A stretch of DNA of 63,618 nt, the filler included, from a bacterium (GTDB taxonomy: Bacteria > JALSQH01): assembly GCA_026985515.1 (NCBI GenBank). It is 11 parts of 11 records of this genome, joined end to end, with 100 filler letters (N's around TTAATTAATTAA, not from the genome) between each part and the next. Parts side by side here need not be neighbours in the genome. Positions count along the whole stretch, not along the records: positions 60,876 to 63,618 come from JALSQH010000148.1; 10 more parts are not named here. The stretch is one strand, 5' to 3'. The notes below the pieces were generated by a model. That model made no database searches. It saw nothing but the letters and a program-made list of their open reading frames with translations, and was not told the DNA's origin. Below are positions 61,780-63,618 of the stretch, in pieces. The position numbers were made by a program, and so were the translations under genes. Position 1 is the stretch's first letter, and the number at the start of each line of letters is the position of its first letter.

Positions 61780-63618
61780 ATGAAACGTGAAAAGGCGGAG
61801 TTTTTTACGAGGTGGGGAAAGGGTTTGTTCCGTTTCCTCATGGTTGCTCTTGTATTTGGTGGATTTTCAATTTTAGCCTTGTCATGTGCAGGATGCAATG
61901 GAGGTAACAAATCAGAAAAGAAACAAAAAGTTTCACAGGTACAGAAGTGTGACAACGCCCTTACAGCTGTTGAACAATCATCCACAGGAATGAACCTTAA
62001 TCAATTGAATGATATTATCAGCAACTGCTTTCAGTATGAAGACCAAGTTGCAACTGCCATTGAAAAACATCCTGTTACCTACAACTATGCAGTGCTCCTC
62101 TACGACATCAAACAGTTCATTGAACAGGGTGTCAGCGGAATTATAGGCCTTCTTGGTGCTGTTCAGGGACACGCACCTTTTCAGCCGGCACATGTGGATT
62201 CAGCAGATGCCGTTGGACTTGTTTACAGCCTCTTTTTCAGCAAAATCCTTCCCTATATGGAAGATGGAAACAAGAGGGTTGCAATTCTGGCTGCTATGGA
62301 TATGAATAATGTGGAAATTAATGTCTCATCCTTGCCCATTGATCTCAATGTTAAAGACTTTCTGAGAACTCTGGGAGTGAAGGATGAGGAACTTAATAAG
62401 ATTTCAGACTCTTTCAAATTCGATTTCAAAGGCAAGTGGGACTATGTGGAGGTTCTCGTAGTTGGGGCTCTTGACAACGGGATTTATGCAATCTGGAAGT
62501 TACTGGAAAGCCATACACTTGGAAACGTGACATCTTTCACATCTCTTCTCAGTGATTATAAAGTTGATACAAGTGATCCTGTTTCTCTTGCTCACTTTGT
62601 GGCACATGCACTTGCAAAGATACCAAAACTGCTTGTCTTTGAAGCCACTGAAGGGAAAACAGTTTTTGCCCATGACGTGAGACTCTACCTTGATGCAACA
62701 CTGAGCTACCTCACTGGAAGAGATGCTGATCTCACAGATAATGGTGTAACCTATGCAGTAAAGAATCCCGGCCTCTTTGCAGCTATTGAGGCAGAATACT
62801 CAAAGGATCAGAGCAATAACTTCGTTCAGTACATTGACAAGGATGGAGATGGAAAGATCAGCTATAAAGATCAGATTTATCTCCCACTTCTTGAAGAAGC
62901 CAATCCCAACTGGGGTAAAATCAACAATCCTTTCAAAAGACAGACATGGCTTGACCTTGTAGATTTTGGTAAAACAATTGAGGATCAACTTGAGAATTAC
63001 CAGAATGCAACTCCTGTTGATATTTCCTCTATACTCAATGAAGTATTCCAGGATCTCTCCGCATACGCTCATGACGAATATAAGAAAGATATTTCAATAC
63101 CCACTGTTCCAGAAGGTATAATCAAGATCAACGCTGGCGCACTTTTCAAAGCAGCAGAAAGTGATAATACTTTCAAGGGACTCAGATCACTTCTTCCTGC
63201 ATGGGTACCAAATCCAAGATATGATGAGGCTCAGTGCGTATTGAAAACAGAAGTTGGAAACAGAAAAGATGTTTCACCCAAAACAGACTGCAAAGTTAAC
63301 ACAGAAAAAGATGGGGCAAAAGTTTTTGACTATCTCCTTGTTGCAGAATTTGAAACATATGTGACTTCACCTGCTGTGGAATATGGATTCACAGGAGCAA
63401 CCGAGATAAGCAGCACTCTCTACTATGGAGAGTTCACCAGAGCCACAACAGATTCAGCAGCTGATCAGCCTCACTTCGATCTGTTCTTCGATGCCAGCGG
63501 GAATCCAAATTCTCAGTTCTTCGGTTCCTCTTCAATTGATACAGATGCATACCTTGATGAACTCCACTCCATCGTGGCTGATACACTTCTCCCAACAAAA
63601 GAACATGACCTACTGCTC
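61780..63618 (+). CDS. Large hypothetical lipoprotein (>613 aa, runs off window; absent from ORF track)
   Basis: AGGAGG RBS, ATG 61780, no stop to the window end on manual translation, lipobox-like ALSCAGC and DKDGDGKISYKD Ca-binding-like loop. Confidence 0.85.
   Translation, partial: MKREKAEFFTRWGKGLFRFLMVALVFGGFSILALSCAGCNGGNKSEKKQKVSQVQKCDNALTAVEQSSTGMNLNQLNDIISNCFQYEDQVATAIEKHPVTYNYAVLLYDIKQFIEQGVSGIIGLLGAVQGHAPFQPAHVDSADAVGLVYSLFFSKILPYMEDGNKRVAILAAMDMNNVEINVSSLPIDLNVKDFLRTLGVKDEELNKISDSFKFDFKGKWDYVEVLVVGALDNGIYAIWKLLESHTLGNVTSFTSLLSDYKVDTSDPVSLAHFVAHALAKIPKLLVFEATEGKTVFAHDVRLYLDATLSYLTGRDADLTDNGVTYAVKNPGLFAAIEAEYSKDQSNNFVQYIDKDGDGKISYKDQIYLPLLEEANPNWGKINNPFKRQTWLDLVDFGKTIEDQLENYQNATPVDISSILNEVFQDLSAYAHDEYKKDISIPTVPEGIIKINAGALFKAAESDNTFKGLRSLLPAWVPNPRYDEAQCVLKTEVGNRKDVSPKTDCKVNTEKDGAKVFDYLLVAEFETYVTSPAVEYGFTGATEISSTLYYGEFTRATTDSAADQPHFDLFFDASGNPNSQFFGSSSIDTDAYLDELHSIVADTLLPTKEHDLLL

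Noticed and set aside
1..63618. CRISPR array, rRNA, IS, integrase or prophage
   Set aside because: No regularly spaced 25-45 nt repeats, rRNA-like tracts, or transposase, integrase or phage motifs were seen.

Overview
This window is a concatenation of 11 draft-genome segments joined by ten artificial 100-nt linkers (44 N + TTAATTAATTAA + 44 N). Gene neighbourhoods can only be trusted within a segment. One exception is addB, which continues across one linker. The content is mostly bacterial housekeeping, probably from an anaerobic, possibly thermophilic deltaproteobacteria-like organism (inference from Lys/Glu-rich proteins, the Ahb heme route and a MYXO-CTERM-like tail). Housekeeping loci: uvrC; a siroheme-dependent heme operon (ahbC-sirC-hemA-hemC-cobA/hemD-hemB-ahbD-like-ahbA) running into ruvX-mltG; rpsU-yqeY-dnaG-rpoD; rpsR-rplI-dnaB; addAB; hydantoinase A/B; an Fe-S ATPase/DUF59/ferredoxin cluster; ribD-ribE-ribBA-ribH-nusB-cdsA; ferritin; a sirtuin; and three tRNAs (Val-CAC, Lys-TTT, Glu-TTC). 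No CRISPR array, rRNA, intact transposase or integrase was seen. The best leads are: (1) a phosphoesterase lipoprotein/HEAT/HD-GYP operon in which the HEAT and HD-GYP proteins share an unnamed N-terminal domain; (2) a catalytically altered eIF2B-family gene coupled to addAB; (3) an Ahb operon lacking ahbB; (4) an AT-rich orphan gene behind a HEPN-like tail; (5) two tandem palindromic operators overlapping promoters; and (6) a large lipoprotein missed by the ORF track. All functional calls come from motif recognition, not database searches.
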